Shown: in pieces, positions 1 through 8,748 of the stretch
How the letters are laid out: each line of letters begins with the position of its first letter
How positions within the stretch are numbered: position 1 is the stretch's first letter
Translations under genes and position numbers: made by a program
UHGV virus genome: UHGV-0197770
Source of the DNA: a virus
Strand: one strand, 5' to 3'
Length of the DNA: 36,302 nucleotides
Notes under the pieces: model-generated
The model's database searches: none
What the model saw: only the letters and a program-made list of their open reading frames with translations
Told to the model about the DNA's origin: nothing

Positions 1-79
1 AGCTGGATAAGCAGCAGGTGCTTTCGCAGCGAACGCGTTAAATGCTGAATCTTTACGCATTTCTCAAACCCTGAAATCA

Positions 80-95
80 CTGTATACTTTACCAG
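80..95 (+). promoter_or_regulatory. LexA (SOS) box of the dinB promoter
   Basis: CTGTATACTTTACCAG fits the CTGT-N8-ACAG SOS-box pattern about 17 nt upstream of the dinB ATG; GAGG RBS follows. Confidence 0.6.
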
Positions 96-111
96 TATTG
101 AGAGGTGAGCA

Positions 112-852
112 ATGCGTAAAATCATTCATGTGGATATGGACTGCTTTTTCGCAGCGGTGGAGATGCGCGACAATCCCGCCCTGCGCGATATCCCTATTGC
201 TATTGGCGGCAGCCGCGAACGACGGGGGGTGATCAGCACCGCCAATTATCCCGCGCGTAAATTTGGCGTACGTAGCGCTATGCCGACAGGGATGGCGCTC
301 AAATTATGCCCGCATCTCACCTTGCTTCCAGGGCGCTTTGACGCCTACAAAGAAGCCTCAAATCATATCCGCGAAATTTTCTCGCGCTATACCTCGCGCA
401 TTGAACCGTTATCACTGGATGAAGCCTATCTCGATGTCACCGATAGCGTCCATTGCCACGGTTCTGCGACCCTCATCGCCCAGGAAATCCGCCAGACGAT
501 CTTCAACGAGCTGCAACTGACGGCGTCTGCGGGCGTGGCACCAGTAAAGTTTCTCGCCAAAATCGCCTCCGACATGAATAAACCCAACGGCCAGTTTGTG
601 ATTACGCCGGCAGAAGTTCCGACATTTTTACAAACCTTACCGCTGGCAAAAATTCCCGGCGTCGGCAAAGTCTCGGCGGCAAAACTGGAAGCGATGGGGC
701 TGCGGACCTGCGGTGATGTGCAAAAGTGTGATCTGGTGATGCTGCTTAAACGCTTTGGCAAATTTGGCCGCATTTTGTGGGAGCGTAGTCAGGGCATTGA
801 CGAACGCGACGTTAACAGCGAAAGGTTGCGAAAATCCGTTGATCAGACATGA
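112..852 (+). CDS. dinB: DNA polymerase IV (DinB), 3-prime truncated: about 243 host codons fused to 3 phage-derived codons and a stop
   Basis: Translation [26 protein letters not shown]... matches E. coli DinB (351 aa from memory) up to ...RLRKSV, then diverges (DQT-stop) where phage DNA starts. Confidence 0.9.
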   Translation: MRKIIHVDMDCFFAAVEMRDNPALRDIPIAIGGSRERRGVISTANYPARKFGVRSAMPTGMALKLCPHLTLLPGRFDAYKEASNHIREIFSRYTSRIEPLSLDEAYLDVTDSVHCHGSATLIAQEIRQTIFNELQLTASAGVAPVKFLAKIASDMNKPNGQFVITPAEVPTFLQTLPLAKIPGVGKVSAAKLEAMGLRTCGDVQKCDLVMLLKRFGKFGRILWERSQGIDERDVNSERLRKSVDQT

Positions 853-882
853 GATAAATGAAGGGGGATCCGTGAGATAAAT
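851..882. repeat. Direct repeats GAGATAAAT x2 at the prophage terminus; candidate transposase end-binding sites
   Basis: GAGATAAAT at 851-859 and 874-882 (23-bp spacing) within 45 bp of the host junction; a degenerate AGATAA copy at 945-955. Confidence 0.4.
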
Positions 883-1200
883 AACGAATTGGAGTGGGTT
901 AACATGGGTTCTGGTGAACAGAACTGAAATTCTTTTCCGCTATACGATAGATAAGTCGGGCATTGAAATCATCCTTCCTGGCAACTTAGAATCGAGTTTG
1001 CTGAAACATGACCCGCAACAAAAAGGATGATTCCAATGACTACTCAAAACAATAAGCATGATAGCCTGGATTACTCAGAAAAGCCCAAAAGCAAGCACAT
1101 CGTGACGTTCGAGCGCGATTCCGGTAGAAAAGGAGAATCGTCTTCCTCTGCCAATAAAACCACTATGCCGGCAGCCCCTGCCCCAGGGAAAAAATAAACA

Positions 1201-1833
1201 TCATTCATCGTTCGTTGCACGAACGCGCCTGATCTCCACTCTGGCAATCTGATCTGCTGGAATATAGGTTGCCAGAGCTCCCCAGTACTTATCAACCACG
1301 CCTTTATACTCTTCCCATTCGTTACTGCCTGAAGGGCTGCTGTGCGTGACGTAAAGAACCATATCGCCTTTATTCCCCAGGGTAAACGGACCGTTAGGCC
1401 ACTCTTCAAAGTTCCCTGGCAGCCGTGACATCATACCGGAACCATCGCGAAGAATCACTCTGACCTCGGTAACGCTGAAGCCTGTTTGATCAAACATTGC
1501 CTGCCATGCTGAGCTGGTATCGTCAGACCATGAAACATCATTATTCCACAGTAATCTGTACATCCATTTGCGACCGTACCTGCGCCACCACGCACCGCAT
1601 GTAACGGCACACAGAAGTGCTGGTGGTGTTGCCAGCCAGGCATTCAGACCTGCCCACATAACAGCCTGGTAAGCCATCATTGCTGTCAGGCCAAAAATCA
1701 GCGAAGAAAAAGTCACCTCAATGGGCTTGTGGTGATCCTTCAGTCCCACATTCGCAATAAAATACCCAATATAGCCACTGGTCAGGGTCACCAGTGTTGC
1801 CCATGGCAGATTTAACAACGAAACGTCAAACAT
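1201..1833 (-). CDS. Membrane protein of unknown function (about 3 N-terminal TM helices plus ~130-aa soluble C-terminal domain); terminal accessory gene
   Basis: Start chosen at MFDVSLLNL because GGGAG lies 6 nt upstream; hydrophobic segments LPWATLVTLTSGYIGYFIANVGL and VTFSSLIFGLTAMMAYQAVMWAG; lies downstream of an intrinsic terminator. Confidence 0.6.
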   Translation of the reverse strand: MFDVSLLNLPWATLVTLTSGYIGYFIANVGLKDHHKPIEVTFSSLIFGLTAMMAYQAVMWAGLNAWLATPPALLCAVTCGAWWRRYGRKWMYRLLWNNDVSWSDDTSSAWQAMFDQTGFSVTEVRVILRDGSGMMSRLPGNFEEWPNGPFTLGNKGDMVLYVTHSSPSGSNEWEEYKGVVDKYWGALATYIPADQIARVEIRRVRATNDE

Positions 1834-1871
1834 ATTTTCTCCCTGCATCCTGAATACTAAAGAGAGAGCAT

Positions 1872-1905
1872 AAAAAAAGCACGGTAAGGGGTCTACCGTG
1901 CTTTT
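1872..1905 (-). terminator. Rho-independent terminator ending the leftward early operon (bidirectional hairpin)
   Basis: Stem AGCACGGTA / TACCGTGCT (1878-1886 / 1894-1902), 7-nt loop, flanked by A7 on plus strand (U7 on minus) and TTT on plus. Confidence 0.6.
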
Positions 1906-1947
1906 ATACAATAAGGAGATTTTTGAAAGGACTTTAACAAGCAGGAA

Positions 1948-2346
1948 TTATCTGGATTTGTTAACGTCTTTCGTCTCCTCTGGCAGATCTTCATCAAACA
2001 ACCTGCCCTGCATCCGATCCAGTTCTTCTTTTCTGACCCGCTTAACCACGCTGTAGACCCACTGAAGCGAAACACCAAACTTGCGGGCCAGTTCGTGGTG
2101 GTTGCGTCCGTTAAACTCCCTGAAGATTTCCCGGTCGCGCTGACTGACCTTCCATACCATGCCCATCGGGAAATAAACGTTTTGCCCGCCCCAGACCTGC
2201 ATCATTCGGTTCGCGACGGCCTGACCAATCTGGTCGGCAATTGCGGGCTCAATATCAATAATCTCGCGAACGGTCTCAGAGGTATGCTGTGCCAGCTCCA
2301 CCAGGAGTTCCGGCCCTTTACTTCGAAACTGATTCAGGTCGCTCAT
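1948..2346 (-). CDS. Mor/C-family transcriptional activator of middle/late genes
   Basis: 132 aa with C-terminal HTH ELARKFGVSLQWVYSVVKR typical of Mu Mor/C; last gene of early operon as in Mu; GGGAG RBS. Confidence 0.7.
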   Translation of the reverse strand: MSDLNQFRSKGPELLVELAQHTSETVREIIDIEPAIADQIGQAVANRMMQVWGGQNVYFPMGMVWKVSQRDREIFREFNGRNHHELARKFGVSLQWVYSVVKRVRKEELDRMQGRLFDEDLPEETKDVNKSR

Positions 2347-2767
2347 GTTTTACTCCCGCAGCTCTGTGCTGCCACTTCTTCAGTTTCTCAATAACACTGC
2401 TTGCCTGTTCAGTATTGAGCCAGCGCAGGGCGCTGATGCCCGTTTCCCGCTTGATCCACCGCGCTAATGCATTTTCTGAACGGTCACGAACAATGCCGGC
2501 AGCAGCCATTTCAAGCCATAGCGCACGAATTTTCCTGGACTGCGGATGGTTATCCAGCGGTAAACCGGAGCTGGCTTTTCTGGCTGGTTTAACGCGAAAG
2601 CCTTTCTTTTTCATGGATTCCAGCACGCAGTTTAGTTGTGTGGTATCCATTCCTTTGGTTGAGGCTTTACCGGTCAGCCCCTGTAACATCTGGCGGTAGG
2701 TGTCTTCATCCATACCCAGTTCATTACGGGCAATATGGATAAGCTGTATCAGGCGTTTTTTCTGCAT
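2318..2767 (-). CDS. GemA-like protein (Mu gp16 family, DUF1018)
   Basis: 149 aa; N-terminal RLIQLIHIARNELGMDEDTYRQML resembles Mu GemA; sits immediately upstream of Mor as in Mu; AGGAG RBS. Confidence 0.55.
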   Translation of the reverse strand: MQKKRLIQLIHIARNELGMDEDTYRQMLQGLTGKASTKGMDTTQLNCVLESMKKKGFRVKPARKASSGLPLDNHPQSRKIRALWLEMAAAGIVRDRSENALARWIKRETGISALRWLNTEQASSVIEKLKKWQHRAAGVKHERPESVSK

Positions 2768-2768
2768 A

Positions 2769-2975
2769 TCATCTCCTTTTTTTCAGTCTGTCGGCAACAA
2801 TGTCGGTTGCAGCTGGCAGGGTGACTGGCCAGAACAACATGACGGCGGTCATGTACAGGATGTAATGCGCGGTGTCGTAGTGCCTGCCATAGCCCAGGGA
2901 ACGATGAAGTCTTGCGCTGCATGATCCTGCGTACATATACCAGAAAAGAAAACAGACAATGGTTTCAGTAGTCAT
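2769..2975 (-). CDS. Small hydrophobic protein (68 aa)
   Basis: Internal start MTTETIV preceded by GGGGAGG; two hydrophobic stretches. Confidence 0.4.
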   Translation of the reverse strand: MTTETIVCFLFWYMYAGSCSARLHRSLGYGRHYDTAHYILYMTAVMLFWPVTLPAATDIVADRLKKRR

Positions 2976-3195
2976 TCTGAATACCTCCCCATTCGATATG
3001 AATATTACGGGCAGCAATGACAGGGTCGTTATTCCACCATGCACCTGACATGTATTTTTCAACCTGTTCGCGTCCGGCAATAACACCAATTGTGATCCCC
3101 GGCCTGACGTTCTTAAAAAAGGCGCGGGCAAAAAGGTATCTGGCAGATATTCGGCAGGCTTTTAATTTCCGGCTGTTACCTGATAGCGTAATCAT
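2965..3195 (-). CDS. Hypothetical early protein (76 aa)
   Basis: GGAGG 5 nt upstream of ATG; ATGA start/stop overlap with upstream gene indicates translational coupling. Confidence 0.45.
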   Translation of the reverse strand: MITLSGNSRKLKACRISARYLFARAFFKNVRPGITIGVIAGREQVEKYMSGAWWNNDPVIAARNIHIEWGGIQNDY

Positions 3196-3875
3196 CTGGC
3201 CTCCAGTTTCTGTTGTTCCTGCCCACTGACCGGGCGGTGCAGTCTGACGTTCTGCCCTTCACGAAACCCCGCATAGCGCGAGGCGTCGCCATTGCGGCTT
3301 CTTCCCGGTTTACGCGCCCTGGTGGTTTGCGTTTGCGGGTATTTATGTTCCAGCCACTGTTGCATCAGTTCACGCTCATCATCGGTCAGGGCAAAGGACT
3401 GTATTTCACTGATAACGGCCAGTACCCAGCCTTCAGCAAACTGGTCTCCACGGCTGGTACGGGTGGCGTTTTTTATTCTTTTGTTCTGTGCGCTGATATA
3501 CTGCTGACGCGCCTTTTTCAGCTGGCGGACCAGCACTTCCCAGGTGTACGCAGCCAGTGCCGCTCGTTCCCGGTTACCGTAGAACCCCACAGACGGATGC
3601 GTGCCGGGGTGAATGATGGAGTTAACACCAAATGCCTCGCGGATGATGTTCATCAGGCCCAGCATGTAGCGCGGTGGACGGAGACTGCCTGTCGGCCAGT
3701 AATGACTGATGGTTTCATCAATATCACTCATAGCAATGTCGGAATGTGTGATGCCGTGAACATCCATCAGTTTACGGGCTCGGCGCAGTGCCAGAGCGGC
3801 CTCGTGCGGGTTGCCGGATGCGGCCAGCGCCAGCAACTTTTTCAGTTTCTCAATGTGTTTATTCTGGTCTGTCAT
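3192..3875 (-). CDS. Hypothetical early protein, DUF2786-like N-terminus
   Basis: Start chosen at MTDQNKHIEKL (ATGA overlap with upstream stop); motif IEKLKKLLALAASGNPHEAALALRRARKLM resembles DUF2786 phage proteins. Confidence 0.5.
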   Translation of the reverse strand: MTDQNKHIEKLKKLLALAASGNPHEAALALRRARKLMDVHGITHSDIAMSDIDETISHYWPTGSLRPPRYMLGLMNIIREAFGVNSIIHPGTHPSVGFYGNRERAALAAYTWEVLVRQLKKARQQYISAQNKRIKNATRTSRGDQFAEGWVLAVISEIQSFALTDDERELMQQWLEHKYPQTQTTRARKPGRSRNGDASRYAGFREGQNVRLHRPVSGQEQQKLEAR

Positions 3876-4087
3876 TGTTCTGTATCTCCGGTATTTTTCT
3901 GCCGTTTCCATGCCCGGACAGCGTCGGACAGCTCTTTCAGGCTGTATGCTGCTTTAAGCTTTTCCCATAACCACTGTGTTGTTATGTGCATCAGCAGGGC
4001 AGCCAGGGCTGCCCCCGCACTGAGGCATGTCGCCAGGCCAGTAAGAATCAGTGTCCATGCGGTGATTTCCCTGAGTATGTCAGCCAT
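3872..4087 (-). CDS. Small membrane protein (71 aa)
   Basis: GGGAGG RBS; hydrophobic core WTLILTGLATCLSAGAALAALLM. Confidence 0.5.
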   Translation of the reverse strand: MADILREITAWTLILTGLATCLSAGAALAALLMHITTQWLWEKLKAAYSLKELSDAVRAWKRQKNTGDTEQ

Positions 4088-4101
4088 TGAATGCCTCCCG
4101 G

Positions 4102-4398
4102 TTACTCGTTCGTGTAAATCACGCCCAGTCGTGCAGCCAGACGTTCCAGTTTTTTCTGTTTGTGGAAGTCAATCAGCCGGTCCATCCCCTGAAGGCGCAG
4201 TTGCTCTGTCATGATTTCCACGTCTGCCAGCTCTGCCGCGAGGTCACTTTCGCTGCCCTGTCCGTTCAGGTTGCGGGCGGCACTGGCCGCCAGTTCAGCG
4301 GCCTCTTCTGTCAGTTTCAGGGCCTGTGCGTCCGGCCCGAAACGCTGCAGGGCCAGACGGTAGAGGGCGGTGCGGGTGAGTTCGGTGTTCCGTGTCAT
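4102..4398 (-). CDS. MazG-like nucleotide pyrophosphohydrolase domain protein
   Basis: 98 aa with paired acidic motifs TEEAAELAASA and ELADVEIM characteristic of small phage MazG-like proteins; GAGGG RBS. Confidence 0.55.
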   Translation of the reverse strand: MTRNTELTRTALYRLALQRFGPDAQALKLTEEAAELAASAARNLNGQGSESDLAAELADVEIMTEQLRLQGMDRLIDFHKQKKLERLAARLGVIYTNE

Positions 4399-4407
4399 GC
4401 CGCGCCC

Positions 4408-4680
4408 TCAGTGTTTCCGGTCGACGGTGATGTTCAGGCCGCCTTCTGCAGTGGTTTCCATCCGGTACGGCACCTCATGCTCTGCCGTGTGGGTGAGTGT
4501 GTTCACCAGTACCTGCAGGGCAGCCGCCTTTCCGTTGGTCGCCACAATGGCCTGAGCGGTCATGCTGATTAGCGCCGTCAGGACGTGCTTCACATCGGTG
4601 AGGTCGCGGCATTCACACTCGTTGACATAGTGTTCAACAAGGGTTCGGGTGCGCTGTCGTGCTTCCTGTGGGGTAATCAT
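4408..4680 (-). CDS. Hypothetical early protein (90 aa)
   Basis: GGGAGGA RBS 7 nt upstream; tightly packed in operon. Confidence 0.45.
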   Translation of the reverse strand: MITPQEARQRTRTLVEHYVNECECRDLTDVKHVLTALISMTAQAIVATNGKAAALQVLVNTLTHTAEHEVPYRMETTAEGGLNITVDRKH

Positions 4681-4871
4681 TGCGAGTCCTCCCTGTCAGG
4701 GCGGGAGAATTCCATGACGGGCACGTCTGCCGAAAAATGCTGGCTGCAGTACGGGCAGACCAGGGTGACGCGTACCGCAGGGATGTGGTATTTACCGGAC
4801 ATCACGGCGATGGCGCTGTGAAAACGCAGGGCTGTTATATCCCTCTCGCACTGAATACATTTAAATATCAT
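4677..4871 (-). CDS. Small zinc-ribbon protein (64 aa)
   Basis: CxxC ... CxxC pattern (CIQCERD ... CPYCSQ); GAGGAG RBS. Confidence 0.45.
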   Translation of the reverse strand: MIFKCIQCERDITALRFHSAIAVMSGKYHIPAVRVTLVCPYCSQHFSADVPVMEFSRPDREDSQ

Positions 4872-4968
4872 GATTTAATTCTCCTCTGTTTCCGGCGTGC
4901 AGAAGCCCGCGGCGCTGACGCCGGAATAAAAAAGAAAATGTTTTTATTAAATAATTAACGTGGTGTGT

Positions 4969-5499
4969 TTACTGCACATCCTGCTCAAAAGGAATTATTG
5001 AAAAATCCTCAATGTCGCTTTTAATGGAAATACCGGGAATATTTTTCACGGCCTCTTTTTCATTCAGGATAGCGTCTTTATTTATTTCCTCTTTTACACG
5101 AATAAAGCGCTCAAGCCCCAGACGTCTCAGTAATTCAATAACATTATCCGCCCCACGGATACTGACTGATGGCGGACGGTTTCGCCACTGCACCTCGCCG
5201 GTGGTGAGGTTAGCGAACTTCACCTTCCCGTTGCCGGTCAGTTCATCACGGTGTGCCTCACACCATGTCTGAATACCGGACTGCAGTTCGGCCATGCGTT
5301 TTTTCAGGCTCTCGGTGAGCGGGGCATAACGTGCGGTGATATCGCCAATGGCGTCATTCATTTCTGTTTCAGCCCTGACCAGTTCACGTTGTGCGTCACC
5401 GAGTAGTCTGATTCCCTCAATGACCTCTTCACGTGTCCCCGGCACCCAGAGTGCTGCTGCGGCCTTGATACGTTTTGCACCTTTTGTACTTTTTGCCAT
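4969..5499 (-). CDS. gam: Gam-like host-nuclease inhibitor (Mu Gam / Ku-like family)
   Basis: 176 aa, size and early-region position of Mu Gam; conserved-looking W...GKVKF..GEVQWR core. Confidence 0.55.
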   Translation of the reverse strand: MAKSTKGAKRIKAAAALWVPGTREEVIEGIRLLGDAQRELVRAETEMNDAIGDITARYAPLTESLKKRMAELQSGIQTWCEAHRDELTGNGKVKFANLTTGEVQWRNRPPSVSIRGADNVIELLRRLGLERFIRVKEEINKDAILNEKEAVKNIPGISIKSDIEDFSIIPFEQDVQ

Positions 5500-5526
5500 T
5501 TTTTATGATTTCTCCAGTTGTGCTGA

Positions 5527-5796
5527 TTACCACAAAGATTCCGGCCACACGACGCGACAGCCGTGCAGTTCGAAAACGCCCTGACGGAAATATCCCCTGT
5601 GGTCATGTCCGGTATACAGATAACAGGCCTTTCCCTGCTCAAGCATGCGCATGCAATGCGCACTCCGGGAAACGCGGATGACAGGTTTGTTACCCCTGAT
5701 GGTGATGCTTTGTACATCCGTGTTCGTCGCCTTAAGCGCCATAATGGCTGACTGCACTTTGCTGATTTGCTGGTTGATACCTGTGGTGGATTTCAT
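5527..5796 (-). CDS. Hypothetical early protein (89 aa)
   Basis: ATG 2 nt downstream of the B-gene stop; weak AGGGG RBS. Confidence 0.4.
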   Translation of the reverse strand: MKSTTGINQQISKVQSAIMALKATNTDVQSITIRGNKPVIRVSRSAHCMRMLEQGKACYLYTGHDHRGYFRQGVFELHGCRVVWPESLW

Positions 5797-5798
5797 TA

Positions 5799-6965
5799 TT
5801 AAACCCCTTTGACAACGTCAGCGTTGACCTGTGGAACCCCGATTTCAGCGGCCAGATTCATGGCGGCTATTACCAGGTTACTGACGGCCAGCGGATACAG
5901 CAGGCTGACCATATTTTTACGATGACTTCCCGGATTGCTCAGGCGGGCACGTATGGCATCCACTGCGCTGGCGTCCATAATGTCCGTCAGTTGTTTACCG
6001 GCCCGTTGCAGTTTGAACGTCAGAAACTCTTCAAGGTTATTGTCCAGAGGCAGAAGTTCGACCACCTCACAGCGCTGAACGACTTCACGGACTTCCATAT
6101 TGCGTTCAGACAGTTTTGTCGCCAGTTCCGGCTGGCCAATCAGCACGATGGACAGCAGTTTTTTGAAACCGGACTCCAGCTCAAAAAAGCGTTTGAGGTG
6201 TTTCAGTGTCGGAATGGGCAGACTGTGGGCCTCCTCAATCACCAGAACGTGGCTGAACCCCGCCTGGCTGCTGTCTTTCAGGACGCGATGCAACTGGCGA
6301 AAGCGGGCGTCCTGACTGCGTCTGATGCTTTCCAGTGGTGCGATGGTACTGATAATGGCTTCGGCAATCGCTGCTGCCTTCAGGGTTTTCCCTTTCACAT
6401 CGTTGTCTTCCATAGCGATGATGTATGGCTCGATAACAATTACCGGCGCATTCTCGCGGTTGATACGTTCAGTCAGGTCGCGGCGCAGCGTGGATTTACC
6501 CGCACCGGACTCACCGATGACGGCCATAAACCCACCATGACGGGCTGTCTGGTACAACGCCTCACGCACGTAGCGAATATCCGGGGTGGTGAACACATCA
6601 TCAGAACCCTGCATGGCTTCGTCGGCGAATGGGTCACGGAAAAGACCAAACGCTTTTTTGGTTGCTGGAAATAACACCTGTTTTTTGAGTAACATATTCT
6701 CTTCCTCACTGAGGCTCGTTTTATCTGTGGTACCCGCTGTACGGGGCGTGGCCGCGCCCTGTACAGCATCAAAACTCTTCGTTGTATCAATCCCCTGACT
6801 TTCCAGCCAGGACGCAAGACGCCGGCGCACTTCTCCGGGGCGGGTGCGGGGCCACGCGTTATGATTCACAATCTGGGCCAGCGTGGCCTCAGAAACATCG
6901 ACAGCTCTCGCCACCACCGCCTGTGAGATACGGGCCTCTTTCAGTTGCTGCTTCAGTACCAGCAT
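5799..6965 (-). CDS. Transposition ATPase (MuB-like, AAA/TniB-type)
   Basis: Walker A GESGAGKST; N-terminal HTH; start at MLVLKQQ chosen because GAGGAGG lies 5 nt upstream; immediately follows transposase. Confidence 0.75.
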   Translation of the reverse strand: MLVLKQQLKEARISQAVVARAVDVSEATLAQIVNHNAWPRTRPGEVRRRLASWLESQGIDTTKSFDAVQGAATPRTAGTTDKTSLSEEENMLLKKQVLFPATKKAFGLFRDPFADEAMQGSDDVFTTPDIRYVREALYQTARHGGFMAVIGESGAGKSTLRRDLTERINRENAPVIVIEPYIIAMEDNDVKGKTLKAAAIAEAIISTIAPLESIRRSQDARFRQLHRVLKDSSQAGFSHVLVIEEAHSLPIPTLKHLKRFFELESGFKKLLSIVLIGQPELATKLSERNMEVREVVQRCEVVELLPLDNNLEEFLTFKLQRAGKQLTDIMDASAVDAIRARLSNPGSHRKNMVSLLYPLAVSNLVIAAMNLAAEIGVPQVNADVVKGV

Positions 6966-6975
6966 GTTTTCCTCC

Positions 6976-8745
6976 TCAGTTGCCGTTAACAATGCTGATA
7001 ACACTGCTGCGTGCCGGCGTGGTCAGCGTGGCCATGACTTCATCCAGTGCAGCTTCCGGTACGCCGTCCGGGTACTGTGCCGTTAACTGGCGGTAATGTT
7101 CCGGCGTCCAGGTAAGGCCGTCGGCGCTGAACTTATCGCGCAGGGCTTTCGCGGCCTCCACATGAGTCATGGGACGTTGTTCAGTGCGCGGCCCGCGTAC
7201 GTCAGAGGCCTGACCGCGCTTCGGCATATAGGCCGGAAGTGTGGCGTCATCAATATGTTTATACGGGTCAAGCCGCCCGCCGAACGGCAGCGCCTTCGCC
7301 TTGCGTGCGGCAGCTGCATCTGCGGCGTTGTCTGTACCGGTGACCAGCTCTTCGGTTTCTTTTGCCGCCATCTGCGCCGGGGTTTCCGGCAGGGCTTTGT
7401 AACTTTCGCCAAATACCGCCGCGCCTTCAGCAAAGCCAAACTCGTTCTTTCTGACCTCTTCGACCAGGAAGAACGTCTCGTGGCCGTCCTCACCGGTCAG
7501 AACCACCTGTGCCACATCGCTGCGCCACGGGTTACGGGTAATCATCAGTTTTTCACCGACCAGTACGCCCGGTACCGTTGATACGTCAAATTCAGTGCCC
7601 CGGAACGAGACACGAAGTTTTGGCGTGACTTTGCGGAGTTCTGGTGCCGCCACAGCCAGTTCACGACATACCTCAACGGAAGGCGCTTTTTTCAGCTGCT
7701 CAGCAGTAATCTTCAGCCAGATATCCGTGCGGGTTTTACCGTGGCGGCTGTGAACAGCCGTGGCGTTAAAGTGGCTGCGCCATTTCGCGGCCAGCGCGTT
7801 GAGTTCTTCCAGACTGTGAACCGGCCGGAACTTCAGACCCGGCTCCAGCTTGCGTTCGATAATGTCCCGCGCCTTTTCCACCTGTCCGGTGGCGCGGGCG
7901 TTATGCGGCTTGTGCGCTATCAGGTCAATGCCCAGTGAGCGGCACATGTTTTTCGTCATACCCGCGGTGTTTGCCGAGCCGGGGTCGAGATAGAGTATTT
8001 TTGGCACGCCGTGCAGCACGTCTGCGCCGCCACGCTCCTGCATGGCGTTGATAAGCACAGAACACAGGTTCTCACCGGATTCCGCACCCGTCACATACTC
8101 AACGTAAATCCAGCCGCTGGCATGGTCGGTAATCTCATAACTCCACACGCGGTCACTGGCGATACGGGCAAGGTTAGCGGGCTTGTTCTTGTAGAATTTC
8201 GCGCTGTCCATCACCTGCAGCCCTTTGTGTCCATTGCTCAGGTAGTAAAGCGTGCAGAGCGAGGCATCAATCTGCCAGACGTGATTGGGATGCAGACTGG
8301 CCACTTCGGTATGCGGCGCAGGGGCATCCAGTTGTTCCGGGTGCAGGCCATAGTTACGCAGGGCACGGCTGATGGCATCTTCGGACAACGGGAAAAACTC
8401 ACCGGTGGTTTCATCTGTTCTGCCTGCGGAGATAAAGCCGTTAGCCCGCAGGGTTTCCACTGCATCTGCGATGGAATAGAGACGCTTACCGTTCTTGCGG
8501 GTGGCCTCACGCAGTGTGGCAGATATCAGCGCGGCTTCGTCGCGGGTCAGGGCGCTGCGCCCGGCATCGGCGCGTTTTTTGCGTTTATCAGTCACAGAGA
8601 CCTCCTTCAGCCTGCGCAGCAGAGTGGCGCGGGACATGCCAAGTTCAGCACAGGCAGCGTCGTATATTGCACCGCGTTTACCATGCCCCGCGTCACGTGC
8701 CGCGCGGGCGACATAAACCAGTCGTTCAGTCAGGGCAGCATTCAT
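6976..8745 (-). CDS. DDE transposase (Mu A-like, integrase-core superfamily)
   Basis: 589 aa; N-terminal HTH (LGMSRATLLRRLKE); integrase-core-like segments HVWQIDAS and LYLDPGSANTAG; paired with B-like ATPase. Confidence 0.75.
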   Translation of the reverse strand: MNAALTERLVYVARAARDAGHGKRGAIYDAACAELGMSRATLLRRLKEVSVTDKRKKRADAGRSALTRDEAALISATLREATRKNGKRLYSIADAVETLRANGFISAGRTDETTGEFFPLSEDAISRALRNYGLHPEQLDAPAPHTEVASLHPNHVWQIDASLCTLYYLSNGHKGLQVMDSAKFYKNKPANLARIASDRVWSYEITDHASGWIYVEYVTGAESGENLCSVLINAMQERGGADVLHGVPKILYLDPGSANTAGMTKNMCRSLGIDLIAHKPHNARATGQVEKARDIIERKLEPGLKFRPVHSLEELNALAAKWRSHFNATAVHSRHGKTRTDIWLKITAEQLKKAPSVEVCRELAVAAPELRKVTPKLRVSFRGTEFDVSTVPGVLVGEKLMITRNPWRSDVAQVVLTGEDGHETFFLVEEVRKNEFGFAEGAAVFGESYKALPETPAQMAAKETEELVTGTDNAADAAAARKAKALPFGGRLDPYKHIDDATLPAYMPKRGQASDVRGPRTEQRPMTHVEAAKALRDKFSADGLTWTPEHYRQLTAQYPDGVPEAALDEVMATLTTPARSSVISIVNGN

Positions 8746-8748
8746 TGG

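Noticed and set aside
263-773. ORFs 263..520 (+) and 426..773 (-) overlapping dinB
   Set aside because: Lie inside or antisense to the well-supported dinB frame; no RBS or recognisable protein features; typical chance ORFs.
1027-1197. 56-codon plus-strand ORF in the terminal spacer
   Set aside because: Short, only a weak AAAAGGA RBS, no recognisable features; left as an unsupported possibility rather than an annotated gene.
5922-6817. Long plus-strand ORFs (5922..6674, 6325..6540, 6586..6798) and minus-frame ORF 6473..6817 across the MuB-like gene
   Set aside because: Antisense or out-of-frame relative to the Walker-A-containing ATPase gene; low-complexity Arg/Ser-rich translations; GC-rich DNA yields long spurious frames.
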